From NCBI GenBank assembly GCA_001552015.1, contig CP010514.1, positions 390,001 to 422,000 of the forward strand: DNA of 32,000 bases, read 5' to 3'. The notes beneath the pieces are model-generated. The model ran no database searches. It was given only the letters and a program-made list of their open reading frames with translations, and was not told where the DNA came from. A program made the position numbers and the translations under genes. Shown piece by piece: positions 8,558 through 17,152 of this stretch; the first letter of the stretch is position 1, and every line of letters begins with the position of its first letter. Source of the stretch: Candidatus Nanopusillus acidilobi (GTDB lineage Archaea > Nanobdellota > Nanobdellia > Nanobdellales > Nanobdellaceae).

Positions 8558-8654
8558 CATACTGTTAATGCAACTTAACATTAAGTTAATATTTATAAAT
8601 TTTAAGAGAGATATACATTAACGTTATATTAAATATTATTAACATGATGTTAAT
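8553..8654. promoter_or_regulatory. Array of four phased palindromic operator-like sites (ATTAAC-N5-GTTAAT) upstream of tfe
   Basis: Perfect sites lie at 8553-8569 (ATTAACatactGTTAAT) and 8638-8654 (ATTAACatgatGTTAAT). A near-perfect site lies at 8574-8590 (cTTAACattaaGTTAAT). A half-degenerate site lies at 8617-8633 (ATTAACgttatATTAAA). Site starts are 8553, 8574, 8617 and 8638, multiples of ~21 bp apart. A TTTATAAAT box sits in the empty slot at 8592-8600. Confidence 0.6.
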
Positions 8655-8661
8655 CAATAAT

Positions 8662-8670
8662 GTTTATAAA
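8662..8670 (+). promoter_or_regulatory. TATA box (TTTATAAAT) of the tfe promoter
   Basis: TTTATAAAT at 8662-8670 lies ~25-30 nt upstream of the ATG at 8694, consistent with a leaderless transcript. An identical 9-mer occurs at 8592-8600. Confidence 0.5.
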
Positions 8671-8693
8671 TGTCAAAAAACCTTATAGGTATT

Positions 8694-9209
8694 ATGAGCT
8701 ACCTACTTAACGAAAACTATTTAAAAATATTAGAATATATAGCAGATAAAAAGGAATTTACAGAAAGAGAAATAAAGAGACAATTAAAGATAAAGGAAGA
8801 AGAAATTAGGAAATTATTATATATATTGGAAGAAAATAATATAGTATATCCAATAAGCATAATAAATAATAATGGAAAATTTGATTTCAAATGGGGAAAT
8901 AAAGTACCAGATAAAGAAAAATTATTTAGCCTATTAATTAATAAAGAAATTAATAGAATTAATGAAGAAATTAAAAATACTCCAAAAACATTATACTATT
9001 GTACTGAATGTGGAAGTGCATATACCTTCGACGATGCATATGAAAATGATTTCATATGTAAAGAATGCGGATCATTATTAGTTGAAAAGGAAAATTTCAG
9101 AATAATAGAATTAGAAAACATTGTACATAACTTACAATTATTACTAGATAAATATTCTTCAAAAGCTACAAAGAAAGAAAAAGCATCAAAAGCAAGGAGT
9201 AAAAAATAA
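8694..9209 (+). CDS. tfe: Transcription factor E alpha subunit (TFE; TFIIE-alpha homolog)
   Basis: Winged-helix-like N-terminus (LKILEYIADKKEFTEREIKRQLKIKEEEIRKLLYILEENNIVY) followed by the zinc ribbon YYCTECGSAYTFDDAYENDFICKECGS. The track start ATG at 8670 overlaps the TATA box, so I prefer ATG 8694 (MSYLLNEN...). Confidence 0.8.
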   Translation: MSYLLNENYLKILEYIADKKEFTEREIKRQLKIKEEEIRKLLYILEENNIVYPISIINNNGKFDFKWGNKVPDKEKLFSLLINKEINRINEEIKNTPKTLYYCTECGSAYTFDDAYENDFICKECGSLLVEKENFRIIELENIVHNLQLLLDKYSSKATKKEKASKARSKK

Positions 9210-9226
9210 TTTTTTATTTTTTATTT
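9210..9226 (+). terminator. Oligo-T archaeal terminator after tfe
   Basis: TTTTTTATTTTTTATTT lies immediately after the TAA stop. Archaeal RNAP terminates at T-runs. Confidence 0.4.
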
Positions 9227-9239
9227 AAATTTATATTTA

Positions 9240-10391
9240 ATGATATTTAGGGTTAAGATATATGATCTAACTGAAATATTTAAAGATACAAAATCAAAAC
9301 TAGTTAAATCAAATATAGATAATGGAGCTAAAGTATATGGAATAAAGCTTGATAAAATGAAAGGAATGATTGGATTTGAAATATTACCAAATAGAAGAAT
9401 AGGAACTGAATTTGCTGATATTGCAAAAAAATTTGGATTAAAAGGAATATTACATTCAGATGAATTACCAAATTATGGAATATCTGAAGAAGAAGTGAAC
9501 AATGTTAAAAGAATGTTAAACTGTTCAGATGAAGATGCATTTATATTATTAATATCAAAAGACTACGAAATAGCAAAAAAAGTTTTTAGCTTAATAATAA
9601 ATAGAATAAATGAATCAATTAAAAGGGTACCAAAGGATACTAGACAAGCAAATGATGATGGAACTACATCTTTTTTAAGGCCACAACCAGGCTCTGAAAG
9701 AATGTATCCAGAGACAGATCACCCTTACATATATATTAATAAAGATACTATTGAAAACAATGAATACAATATAATAAGATATAATATAAGTTATGGAGAT
9801 ATTAAAGAAATATTCGATATATACTATTTAAAAAAATTTGACAGAGATTTATATATTAAATTGCTAAATGAAGGTAAAACAATATTAAATTCCATTGATC
9901 CTGAATTTGTTAAACAGATGTTAAAATCTTTTGGATATAATGAAAAACAAATTGAAAATATAATATGGAGTGAATATATAAATGATATAATAAAAATATC
10001 TTTTGATATAGATCCAAATACCGTATATTATTTATTCTTCCAGATGATTGGAGATACAGAAAGTTTATTTAAAGAAAAAATAGAAAAATTTGATTTAGAT
10101 TTTATATATAAGATAAAAGATTATTTAAAAGATAAAAAAATTGTAAAAAATGCAATACCAATAATATATTATCATTATATTAAATATAATAAGAATATTG
10201 AAGATATAATAAAAGAAAATAATTTATACAAAAGAAATAAAGAAGAATTGAAGAAAGAAATTGAAGAATATATAAAATCCCTAAATACTAAAGATAAAAA
10301 AGTTATTTTTTCAAATGTATTTAGTAAATTTAAATATGTAGCAGATAGCGAAGATATTAAAGAAGTATTAGAAGAAGTATTAGGTATATAA
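9240..10391 (+). CDS. gatE: Glu-tRNA(Gln) amidotransferase subunit E, C-terminal portion only (AspRS-like insertion domain, rest of cradle, helical and tail domains)
   Basis: IGFEILPNRRIGTEFADIAKKFGLKGILHSDELPNYGISEEEV and FLRPQPGSERMYPETDHP match the GatE insertion and post-insertion regions. The ORF begins at the insertion domain. No N-terminal cradle domain is encoded upstream; only 30 nt separate it from tfe. Confidence 0.8.
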   Translation: MIFRVKIYDLTEIFKDTKSKLVKSNIDNGAKVYGIKLDKMKGMIGFEILPNRRIGTEFADIAKKFGLKGILHSDELPNYGISEEEVNNVKRMLNCSDEDAFILLISKDYEIAKKVFSLIINRINESIKRVPKDTRQANDDGTTSFLRPQPGSERMYPETDHPYIYINKDTIENNEYNIIRYNISYGDIKEIFDIYYLKKFDRDLYIKLLNEGKTILNSIDPEFVKQMLKSFGYNEKQIENIIWSEYINDIIKISFDIDPNTVYYLFFQMIGDTESLFKEKIEKFDLDFIYKIKDYLKDKKIVKNAIPIIYYHYIKYNKNIEDIIKENNLYKRNKEELKKEIEEYIKSLNTKDKKVIFSNVFSKFKYVADSEDIKEVLEEVLGI

Positions 10392-10413
10392 AATTTTTAT
10401 ATATTAAATTTTG

Positions 10414-10821
10414 ATGGAAGAATGCATATTTTGTAAGATAATAAATAAAGAAATACCTGCATATATTTTATATGAAGATGAATATTCTATAGCATTTCTA
10501 GATATAAATCCTGTAAATAAAGGACATACACTATTTGTACCAAAAAATCATTTTGATAGAATATCGGATATTGATGGAGAATATATAAAGAATTTTTATG
10601 AAAGTTTTACAAAGTTCTTAAAATTATTTGAAGAAAAAATATCAAAAGATTATAATATAATAATAAATAGCGGAAAAAAGGCTGGACAAGCAGTATTCCA
10701 TGCACATATACATATAATACCTCAATATAATGAAAATGGATATAAAAATATATTTATTTGGAATACTCATAAATTATCAAAGGAAGAAGCTGAAGAAATA
10801 ATAAAAAAATTTAATTCTTAG
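10414..10821 (+). CDS. HIT-family (histidine triad) nucleotide hydrolase/transferase
   Basis: CIFCKII, NKGHTLFVPK and the histidine triad HAHIHIIP. The track start at 10411 is TTG and the ATG is at 10414. Confidence 0.9.
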   Translation: MEECIFCKIINKEIPAYILYEDEYSIAFLDINPVNKGHTLFVPKNHFDRISDIDGEYIKNFYESFTKFLKLFEEKISKDYNIIINSGKKAGQAVFHAHIHIIPQYNENGYKNIFIWNTHKLSKEEAEEIIKKFNS

Positions 10822-11510
10822 GCTTCTTTATATTCAATAATTCCATCATTTACTATTTTAAATTTTACAGATATTCCTTCTGGTAAATATCTATGTTTCC
10901 TTAATATTGCTTCCCTAATACCATTATCTAAAATTCTCAATTCAACCAAACATTTTGACCAATATTTTATTAAATCTCCTCCAACAATTCCAATTGTATC
11001 CTTATTATCAAACAATGAATATACCTGATTTATAACTAGAACTGGTATATTATATTTTCTAGCTATTTCTGAAAATATTTGTAATTGTTTTGCAAGTTCT
11101 ATATTTACTTCATTTACATTGCTATCACCTCTTTCTAATCTATATAGCATTGATATAGAATCAACAACAATTAATCCTACATCATTAGAATTATTTTTTA
11201 TATAGTCATATGTTAAATATATTGCCTTTTTTTGTTCAGAAAAATTTACTGGTTTGTATAATAATATATTTTTCATTACATTCTCAAAATCCTCCTTTGC
11301 AATTTGTTTTAATCTTTCAAGAGAAAAACCACCCTCAGTATCAATATATATTACCTTTTTTCCTAATCTAGAAACATTATAAGAACTTATTATTGCAATA
11401 TTTGTTTTTCCAGATGCAGAAGGACCATAAAATGAGGTAATAATGTCTGTCTCAATACCTCCATCTAACAATTTATCTATTGGATATACCCCAGTAGAAA
11501 TTTTACTCAT
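10818..11510 (-). CDS. radB: DNA repair and recombination protein RadB
   Basis: 230-aa RecA-core-only protein with Walker A GPSASGKTN, plus YIDTEGGFSLERL and VVDSI. It has no N-terminal HhH domain, so it is RadB rather than RadA. Confidence 0.85.
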   Translation of the reverse strand: MSKISTGVYPIDKLLDGGIETDIITSFYGPSASGKTNIAIISSYNVSRLGKKVIYIDTEGGFSLERLKQIAKEDFENVMKNILLYKPVNFSEQKKAIYLTYDYIKNNSNDVGLIVVDSISMLYRLERGDSNVNEVNIELAKQLQIFSEIARKYNIPVLVINQVYSLFDNKDTIGIVGGDLIKYWSKCLVELRILDNGIREAILRKHRYLPEGISVKFKIVNDGIIEYKEA

Positions 11511-11544
11511 ATAAAAATCTTTCTATTATTTTTTAAAAATATAA

Positions 11545-12825
11545 CTAATACTTAACTTCAATTTCCTTTTCTCCTATCTTAATATATAAATACTTTACTT
11601 TCTTTCTAATACTATTTTTATAATTATTTATTATAAATTCTAATGCTTTATACATGTCATTTATTTTTCTCTTTGTAATTGCATATATTTTTCCATTTCT
11701 AATTATTAATTCTTCATTCTTATGTTTTTCATAGAATTTATTATAATTTTTTTCTTCCCATAACAACGGTCCCTCCCTTATTTCATATTCTGGTAATTTA
11801 TCTGGATAATATAATATATAGCCATATAAATAATTTTCATCGAAGAAATAATAGTAATTGAAGATCTTAAATCCAATATTATTTATCCATTTTTTAATAT
11901 TATTAAATAGGGATAACGCTTTACTATTTTTTATATCTTTATTATTTGAATCTCCCTCAATCTTTAAATATATCATATTTACATTATATTTTTCAGCCAA
12001 TTCTTTTATTTCATCATAATTCTTATATATTTTATTAAAAAAGAACTTTTCTTTATCTTCTGATAATAAAAATAGCCTAGAATAATATATAAATTCTGAG
12101 AATTTTTGTAAAGAAACAGAAGCTGCAACATTCCTATATTTATCAGTTGGATCAATTATTATTATTGGAGATCTTATCTTATCTTTTGATAGATTTCTCT
12201 TTATTTCATCATAATTCTTATAATATTTTTCCAAATCTATTATTACTTTTGGTCTCCAATTAGATACACTTTTTATTGTATTTTCAAAAGATCCATAATT
12301 TATTAATATTAATTCTATTGCATATCCAGAAAATCCTCTAACATAAGATTCTGCTCCATAAACATTTATATTCTTTGTAAATAATTTTAGTAACCTAACT
12401 TCATCCTTCATTTTTTCATTTAATTTACTTATTACATATTTAACATGGAATGGAGAAAGATCTGTAGTATTTTTTGCTTCCTTTATATCATTTATTTTTA
12501 ATATTGGAACTAATTCAAATATTAAACCCTTATAACTTACTTTAAAATAATCTCTAGAACCTCTTATCCTTATATAATCTAAATTCTCTTTTTTTAATAC
12601 ATTTTCAACAATATTTGATATATTTTTATCATCTTTAAATAATAAAAAAGTATCTACATCAAAATCATTTTTTATCCATGTATCTTTTGCAAATGATCCT
12701 CCCAAAAATGGTTCTAAATTATTTGATCTTAATATATCAAAAAATTCATTTATTATATTATATACTTTCCTTTTTTCCTCTTCAGATGGTTTTATTTTAG
12801 ATAATATTTTATTGTAATCTATCAT
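11545..12825 (-). CDS. cca: CCA-adding enzyme (archaeal class I tRNA nucleotidyltransferase)
   Basis: GGSFAKDTWIKNDFDVDTFLLF is the class I nucleotidyltransferase motif. The size is 426 aa. ATGA overlap with the upstream aRF1 stop. Confidence 0.85.
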   Translation of the reverse strand: MIDYNKILSKIKPSEEEKRKVYNIINEFFDILRSNNLEPFLGGSFAKDTWIKNDFDVDTFLLFKDDKNISNIVENVLKKENLDYIRIRGSRDYFKVSYKGLIFELVPILKINDIKEAKNTTDLSPFHVKYVISKLNEKMKDEVRLLKLFTKNINVYGAESYVRGFSGYAIELILINYGSFENTIKSVSNWRPKVIIDLEKYYKNYDEIKRNLSKDKIRSPIIIIDPTDKYRNVAASVSLQKFSEFIYYSRLFLLSEDKEKFFFNKIYKNYDEIKELAEKYNVNMIYLKIEGDSNNKDIKNSKALSLFNNIKKWINNIGFKIFNYYYFFDENYLYGYILYYPDKLPEYEIREGPLLWEEKNYNKFYEKHKNEELIIRNGKIYAITKRKINDMYKALEFIINNYKNSIRKKVKYLYIKIGEKEIEVKY

Positions 12826-13904
12826 ATTTTAAATCTTAATATTGCACCTATTTTAAAGTTTGAAAATTGTTCCCCTTCAGGATGATTTTTTGATATTATT
12901 TCAACTTTTGCATTTGTTTGTTCAATTAATTCAAATAATTCTTTAATTTTATCTTTATAATCTTCAGATATTAATACTGTATCTACTGCACCAATTTCTA
13001 ATGCTCTTTTTACATCATCAAATCCATAAACTACTAAACCAGTACCTTTTCCAAGATGTTCAAAAAATAATTTTACCAATTCTACTTCCCTTACATATTC
13101 TGTTTTTTCCAATATATCCTTTGCTCTTTCCAATAATTCTTTTAGTCCATATTCATTTGAATATGCTGTATCATATACAGCTAAAATTTTTTGTTTAAAT
13201 TGATACGGTAAATAATCACCATCAACAAATTGATTTTTAAGCAATCCTGGTCCTCCAACCAATATACCAACCAGTTTATCTAAATCCTTTTCAAAATAAT
13301 TTCTAATTTCATCTGCTAAATATTTTAACCATAGGTGAACATCTTGTTCTATTAATCTTTGAAATCTCACAGAAGATTGTCCTCCAGCTCTCATTTTACC
13401 AGGAACCCATGATTGCTTATTTTCCAATACTATTAGTTGATTACCCTTTAATACTCCTATAGAAGCTTCTCCTCTATCTAAAACTATTAATCCATATATT
13501 TGCTTTGGTGATATTAATTCCTTTAACGGATCTAATACAAACCTAGAATCACATCTATATAATCTAATATTTAATTTATCTGGAGGTTCTATTGCCCATA
13601 ACCTTATATCAACATCTCCAGGTCTGTTTGAAATATTTCCACAAAACACTATTAAACCATTCTCAGGAAGTTTTTTCAATCCCTTTAGATAATTTATAAT
13701 TTTTGCTAATGCATCCATTACATGCTGTCTAGTATTTTTATCCTTAATGTTTTGTGCAGTTGAGTATTCATAGCTTAGATGATCTAAAACCTTTGTTAAA
13801 TCATATCCTGCTGGTATATAGTATGAAATTAGTTCTGTAGCTCTACCATTATATTTATTTAATTCTTCCATTAACATTTGTAATTCAAGTTCTTTAACAT
13901 CCAT
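12822..13904 (-). CDS. prf1: Peptide chain release factor aRF1
   Basis: GGQ motif (RAGGQSSVRFQRL), YxCxxxF motif (YRCDSRF) and a NIKS-position motif that reads NIKD. 360 aa. Confidence 0.9.
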   Translation of the reverse strand: MDVKELELQMLMEELNKYNGRATELISYYIPAGYDLTKVLDHLSYEYSTAQNIKDKNTRQHVMDALAKIINYLKGLKKLPENGLIVFCGNISNRPGDVDIRLWAIEPPDKLNIRLYRCDSRFVLDPLKELISPKQIYGLIVLDRGEASIGVLKGNQLIVLENKQSWVPGKMRAGGQSSVRFQRLIEQDVHLWLKYLADEIRNYFEKDLDKLVGILVGGPGLLKNQFVDGDYLPYQFKQKILAVYDTAYSNEYGLKELLERAKDILEKTEYVREVELVKLFFEHLGKGTGLVVYGFDDVKRALEIGAVDTVLISEDYKDKIKELFELIEQTNAKVEIISKNHPEGEQFSNFKIGAILRFKI

Positions 13905-13928
13905 TATATAGAAAATTAAAAATAATTT

Positions 13929-14621
13929 TTAAATACCAATGTACTCAGTTATATATTTTAGATCATAATTTAAATTCATTTTTTTAGATATATTTAATAT
14001 ATTATTTAAATCTTTATTAAGGAAATCTTCAGAATATGGAGAATCAACTGGTATTGATTGAGATACATCTATTATATATGGAACATTATTAAATATAATT
14101 ATATTATATTCTGAAAAATCTCCATGAATTAATTTAGCCTTGTTATATATTTTTTTATATTGATCTAATATGTCAAAAAATAATTCTTCATTATTTTCAA
14201 TTGAATCATAAACGTCATGCAATAATAATGGCCCTTCTTCATAACCTATATATTCCATTACCAATATATTTCCTTTATATAAGTATGGAATTGGAACTCT
14301 TACTAAATTTTTATACATCTTTCTTAAGTTCATATATTCTTTTTTTACCCAAGCATATATTATTCCAATCTTTGTTCTTGGAAACTTATATATTCTAGGA
14401 TCAGCTTTTAAATAATTTACCTGTTCTTTATAGCTTATTGACATTATTTTATATATCTTTATTGCAAATTTTCCAGATCTAACAACAATTGCTTCTTTAC
14501 CTTCAGATATTAATGCCAAATCATCTTCTATATAATGATCCTTATACAATTTATCTAAATAGTATAATGTATTTTTATCAAATACTTTTCCATATACTTT
14601 CCATATTTCTCTATATTTCAT
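13929..14621 (-). CDS. RIO-type serine protein kinase (Rio1-like, no N-terminal wHTH)
   Basis: SEGKEAIVV (STGKEA-like nucleotide loop), the catalytic HGDFSEYNII and the metal-binding IDVSQS. Confidence 0.85.
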   Translation of the reverse strand: MKYREIWKVYGKVFDKNTLYYLDKLYKDHYIEDDLALISEGKEAIVVRSGKFAIKIYKIMSISYKEQVNYLKADPRIYKFPRTKIGIIYAWVKKEYMNLRKMYKNLVRVPIPYLYKGNILVMEYIGYEEGPLLLHDVYDSIENNEELFFDILDQYKKIYNKAKLIHGDFSEYNIIIFNNVPYIIDVSQSIPVDSPYSEDFLNKDLNNILNISKKMNLNYDLKYITEYIGI

Positions 14622-15370
14622 ATTAATATATCTATAAGACTAGCTCTTAAGCCTGGTAGGAATCCCAAGTAAAATAACATTATATATATTACATTTCCTA
14701 GATCATCCTTTAAATAATATTTTGTATAAAGTGCAATAAATAATGTTAAAGATAATTTTATCCCATAAAATAATAAAGGATTACTATATTGAAAGATAAG
14801 AATATTTAATAACTGATGTTCTGATTGCAAATTAAAATAATATATTGAAATAATTGAAAAAATAATCTCATATATTTCACCAAATATTGATAAATAAAAT
14901 AATTTTTCTCTATATGATAAATAAATTAAAAGAGAAAACAATAGAATAAATATTAAAAATGGTAATAAATTTATTGGTCTTCCAAAAATAAAAATTGGAA
15001 TCTCCAATATTAAAATTGCTAATAATATATACAAGTAATATTTTCTATATTTATATAAAAATAAAACTGGTAAAAAGGAAATTGAAATCCATAATTCTAA
15101 TAATGGAGTAAATAATAAATATGTTTTTATTGTATAACCAAGATCTATATTTACCCTTGGAATAATAAATATCAAAGTTAAAATAATTAGATCTAATAAA
15201 AAATATCTATCAATAATTACCTTTTTATTTTTTACAAAAAGATAATAAAAAAGAATAAAACCAATAACAAATATTAATCCATACAAAAAAGTATTATATA
15301 TATTGTATTTATATTGATATCCTATTACTGGATATATAAAATATTGATAAAAAAATTGATATAAATTCAT
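14618..15370 (-). CDS. Polytopic integral membrane protein, possibly DUF63 family
   Basis: 250 aa with about 7 hydrophobic segments. N-terminus FFYQYFIYPV...YNIYNTFLYG, internal QSEHQLL and C-terminal LGFLPGLRASL resemble my memory of archaeal DUF63 proteins. ATGA overlap with the RIO kinase gene. Confidence 0.45.
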   Translation of the reverse strand: MNLYQFFYQYFIYPVIGYQYKYNIYNTFLYGLIFVIGFILFYYLFVKNKKVIIDRYFLLDLIILTLIFIIPRVNIDLGYTIKTYLLFTPLLELWISISFLPVLFLYKYRKYYLYILLAILILEIPIFIFGRPINLLPFLIFILLFSLLIYLSYREKLFYLSIFGEIYEIIFSIISIYYFNLQSEHQLLNILIFQYSNPLLFYGIKLSLTLFIALYTKYYLKDDLGNVIYIMLFYLGFLPGLRASLIDILI

Positions 15371-15762
15371 TAACGCCTATAATATTGGAAATACTGAAGT
15401 AAATTGTTCAATAGAGCAATTATATTATCTAACTTTGTTGCAATTGTATCTAATTTAGTATTTAACATTTGTATTGCGTTATAATCAACTTGATTTGTAT
15501 TTTGATTACTATATCCATAATTCTGTGGAAAGTTTGGTAAATATGCTTGGGGATTTAATTGTCCTGGAAATTGATTTTGCTGAAAAGGATTTTGATTTTG
15601 AACTGGAGGTGGCAATGGAGGTGGTGGTAATGGCTCATTTGGATATTGAGCTGGAGGATAATTTCCTGGTCCCGCTGGTGGATAATTCATAAAATCTTCC
15701 TGCATGTTTATATCTTCATCATTCTTTTTTCCAAAAATATTCTTTATAAAATCCAATGCCAT
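15370..15762 (-). CDS. Hypothetical protein: N-terminal FIKNIFGKK motif, P/Q/N-rich region, short C-terminal helix
   Basis: 130-aa ORF. Residues ~25-95 are P/Q/N/Y-rich (LPPPPLPPPVQNQNPFQQNQFPGQLNPQ). The C-terminus IQMLNTKLDTIATKLDNIIALLNNLLQYF is helical. The architecture parallels 6711..7406. Confidence 0.55.
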   Translation of the reverse strand: MALDFIKNIFGKKNDEDINMQEDFMNYPPAGPGNYPPAQYPNEPLPPPPLPPPVQNQNPFQQNQFPGQLNPQAYLPNFPQNYGYSNQNTNQVDYNAIQMLNTKLDTIATKLDNIIALLNNLLQYFQYYRR

Positions 15763-15794
15763 ATAATATTATAAAATTCCTTAATATATAAAAA

Positions 15795-16418
15795 TTATTC
15801 TTCCTCCTCTTCTAAACCCTTTTCCATAAATTCTTCATAAGATACAGGTAGTTCTTCTCTTTTAGATAATAATCCCCTATTTCTTAAATATTCTCTAGCA
15901 ATAATGTAATATAATAAGGCTAAAGATTTTGCTCCCCTGTTATTTGCTGGTATAGCAATATCTATATAACCTAAAGAATTATTTGTATCAACAAAAGCAA
16001 TTGTTATTTTTCCAGTCCTATATGCATCCAACAATGCATTTCTATCAAGTATTGGATCTGTTATTATAACAACATCAACATCCTTAAATATATCCAAAGC
16101 TGGATTTGTTAGCAATCCTGGAGGATATCTCTTTGGATAAACATTTATTCCTGTATACTTATTTAACATTTGTAATGGTTTTCTTGCAGTTTCTCTTCTT
16201 CCAACTGCTAGTATTTGATATGGCTCATATTTTGATAATAATTTTGTTGATAATCTCAATCTTTCATCCAATTTCATTACATCTATAATTGCCAATCCAT
16301 CAGATCTTACTCTAGCAATAAACTTTTTTGTTTGTTTATTCTTTATTTTTGTACCTATATGAACACCTGCTTTTATATATTCTTCTAAACTAACCAACCA
16401 AATATTTTCTTGTGCCAT
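15795..16418 (-). CDS. rps2: 30S ribosomal protein uS2
   Basis: LEEYIKAGVHIGT..., VDVVIITDP and IPANNRGAKSLALL. I prefer the second ATG at 16416-16418, 1 nt after the uL2 stop, over the track start at 16457, which would overlap uL2 by 38 nt. Confidence 0.9.
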   Translation of the reverse strand: MAQENIWLVSLEEYIKAGVHIGTKIKNKQTKKFIARVRSDGLAIIDVMKLDERLRLSTKLLSKYEPYQILAVGRRETARKPLQMLNKYTGINVYPKRYPPGLLTNPALDIFKDVDVVIITDPILDRNALLDAYRTGKITIAFVDTNNSLGYIDIAIPANNRGAKSLALLYYIIAREYLRNRGLLSKREELPVSYEEFMEKGLEEEEE

Positions 16419-16419
16419 C

Positions 16420-17151
16420 TTACGTTGCTTTCCTTCTTCCAGTTCTCCTTGAGCCATATTTACCGTACTTTATTGGATATCCATATTTTGGTAATGGAGT
16501 CATTCCACCTTTATTCCTCTTATGTTTACCTCCCAATGGATGATCTGCAGCATTTCTTGCAGTTGGTTTGCTAATTGGCCAATTTCTATGATGAGCTTTT
16601 TTGAAATAATATTTATTTCCAGCTTTAACAAATGGCTTATCTGTTCTTCCACCTCCGGCAACTGTTCCCAATATTGCTCTAGAATATAAATTAACCATTT
16701 TTGTTTTTCCAGATGGTAATTTTAATATTGCATATTTATCCGTTTTTTGAACTAATATACATGATGTACCAGATGTTCTTGCAATTTTTCCTCCATCACC
16801 TGGAGAAATTTCTACCATACAAACATTTGATCCATCTGGAATAACTTTTAAAGGTAAAATATTTCCATTCTCTACTGGAGCATTTACACCAGCATAAATT
16901 TCTTTTCCAACATATAAACCTTCAACAGCAGGAACTAGAATAGTTTCTCCAGTTTCAAATTTTATCTTAGCAATTGGAGCATAATGAACCTTATCCTTTA
17001 TTATATCTACAACAACACCTTTTATCTTATCCTTCATTTCCTTTTCATCTAGAGGTCTAAAAGAAAATTCTCCTACTGAATAGAAATCTGGAATCCTATA
17101 TATATTTCCTCCTTTACCCAATCTCTGTTGTAATATTGTATTTCCACCCAT
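16420..17151 (-). CDS. rpl2: 50S ribosomal protein uL2
   Basis: GRTDKPFVKAGNKYY and ARNAADHPLGGKHKRNKGG are typical of uL2. Confidence 0.95.
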   Translation of the reverse strand: MGGNTILQQRLGKGGNIYRIPDFYSVGEFSFRPLDEKEMKDKIKGVVVDIIKDKVHYAPIAKIKFETGETILVPAVEGLYVGKEIYAGVNAPVENGNILPLKVIPDGSNVCMVEISPGDGGKIARTSGTSCILVQKTDKYAILKLPSGKTKMVNLYSRAILGTVAGGGRTDKPFVKAGNKYYFKKAHHRNWPISKPTARNAADHPLGGKHKRNKGGMTPLPKYGYPIKYGKYGSRRTGRRKAT

Positions 17152-17152
17152 T

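Noticed and set aside
8553-8670. Interpreting the GTTAA/TTAAC palindrome array as a replication origin (ORB/mini-ORB elements)
   Set aside because: The motif does not resemble ORB consensus sequences as I remember them. No orc1/cdc6 gene is adjacent, and the region is only ~110 bp, tightly coupled to promoter elements. A transcription-factor operator array is the simpler reading.
1392-10413. Shared TTGATGGA context at three gene starts (1392, 7434, 10411), considered as a possible initiator or regulatory motif
   Set aside because: The TTG is simply an in-frame alternative start chosen by the ORF caller one codon upstream of the real ATG. Three AT-rich 8-mers are too little evidence for a motif.
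12822-13904. Genetic-code change implied by the NIKD variant of aRF1
   Set aside because: TAA, TAG and TGA all terminate well-supported genes at positions consistent with family lengths, so the standard code applies.
16419-16457. N-terminal extension of uS2 (MAQGELEEGKQRK) overlapping uL2 by 38 nt
   Set aside because: The second ATG at 16418 sits 1 nt after the uL2 stop. It gives the usual uS2 N-terminus directly before LEEYIKAGVHIGT. The extension is probably an ORF-caller artefact.
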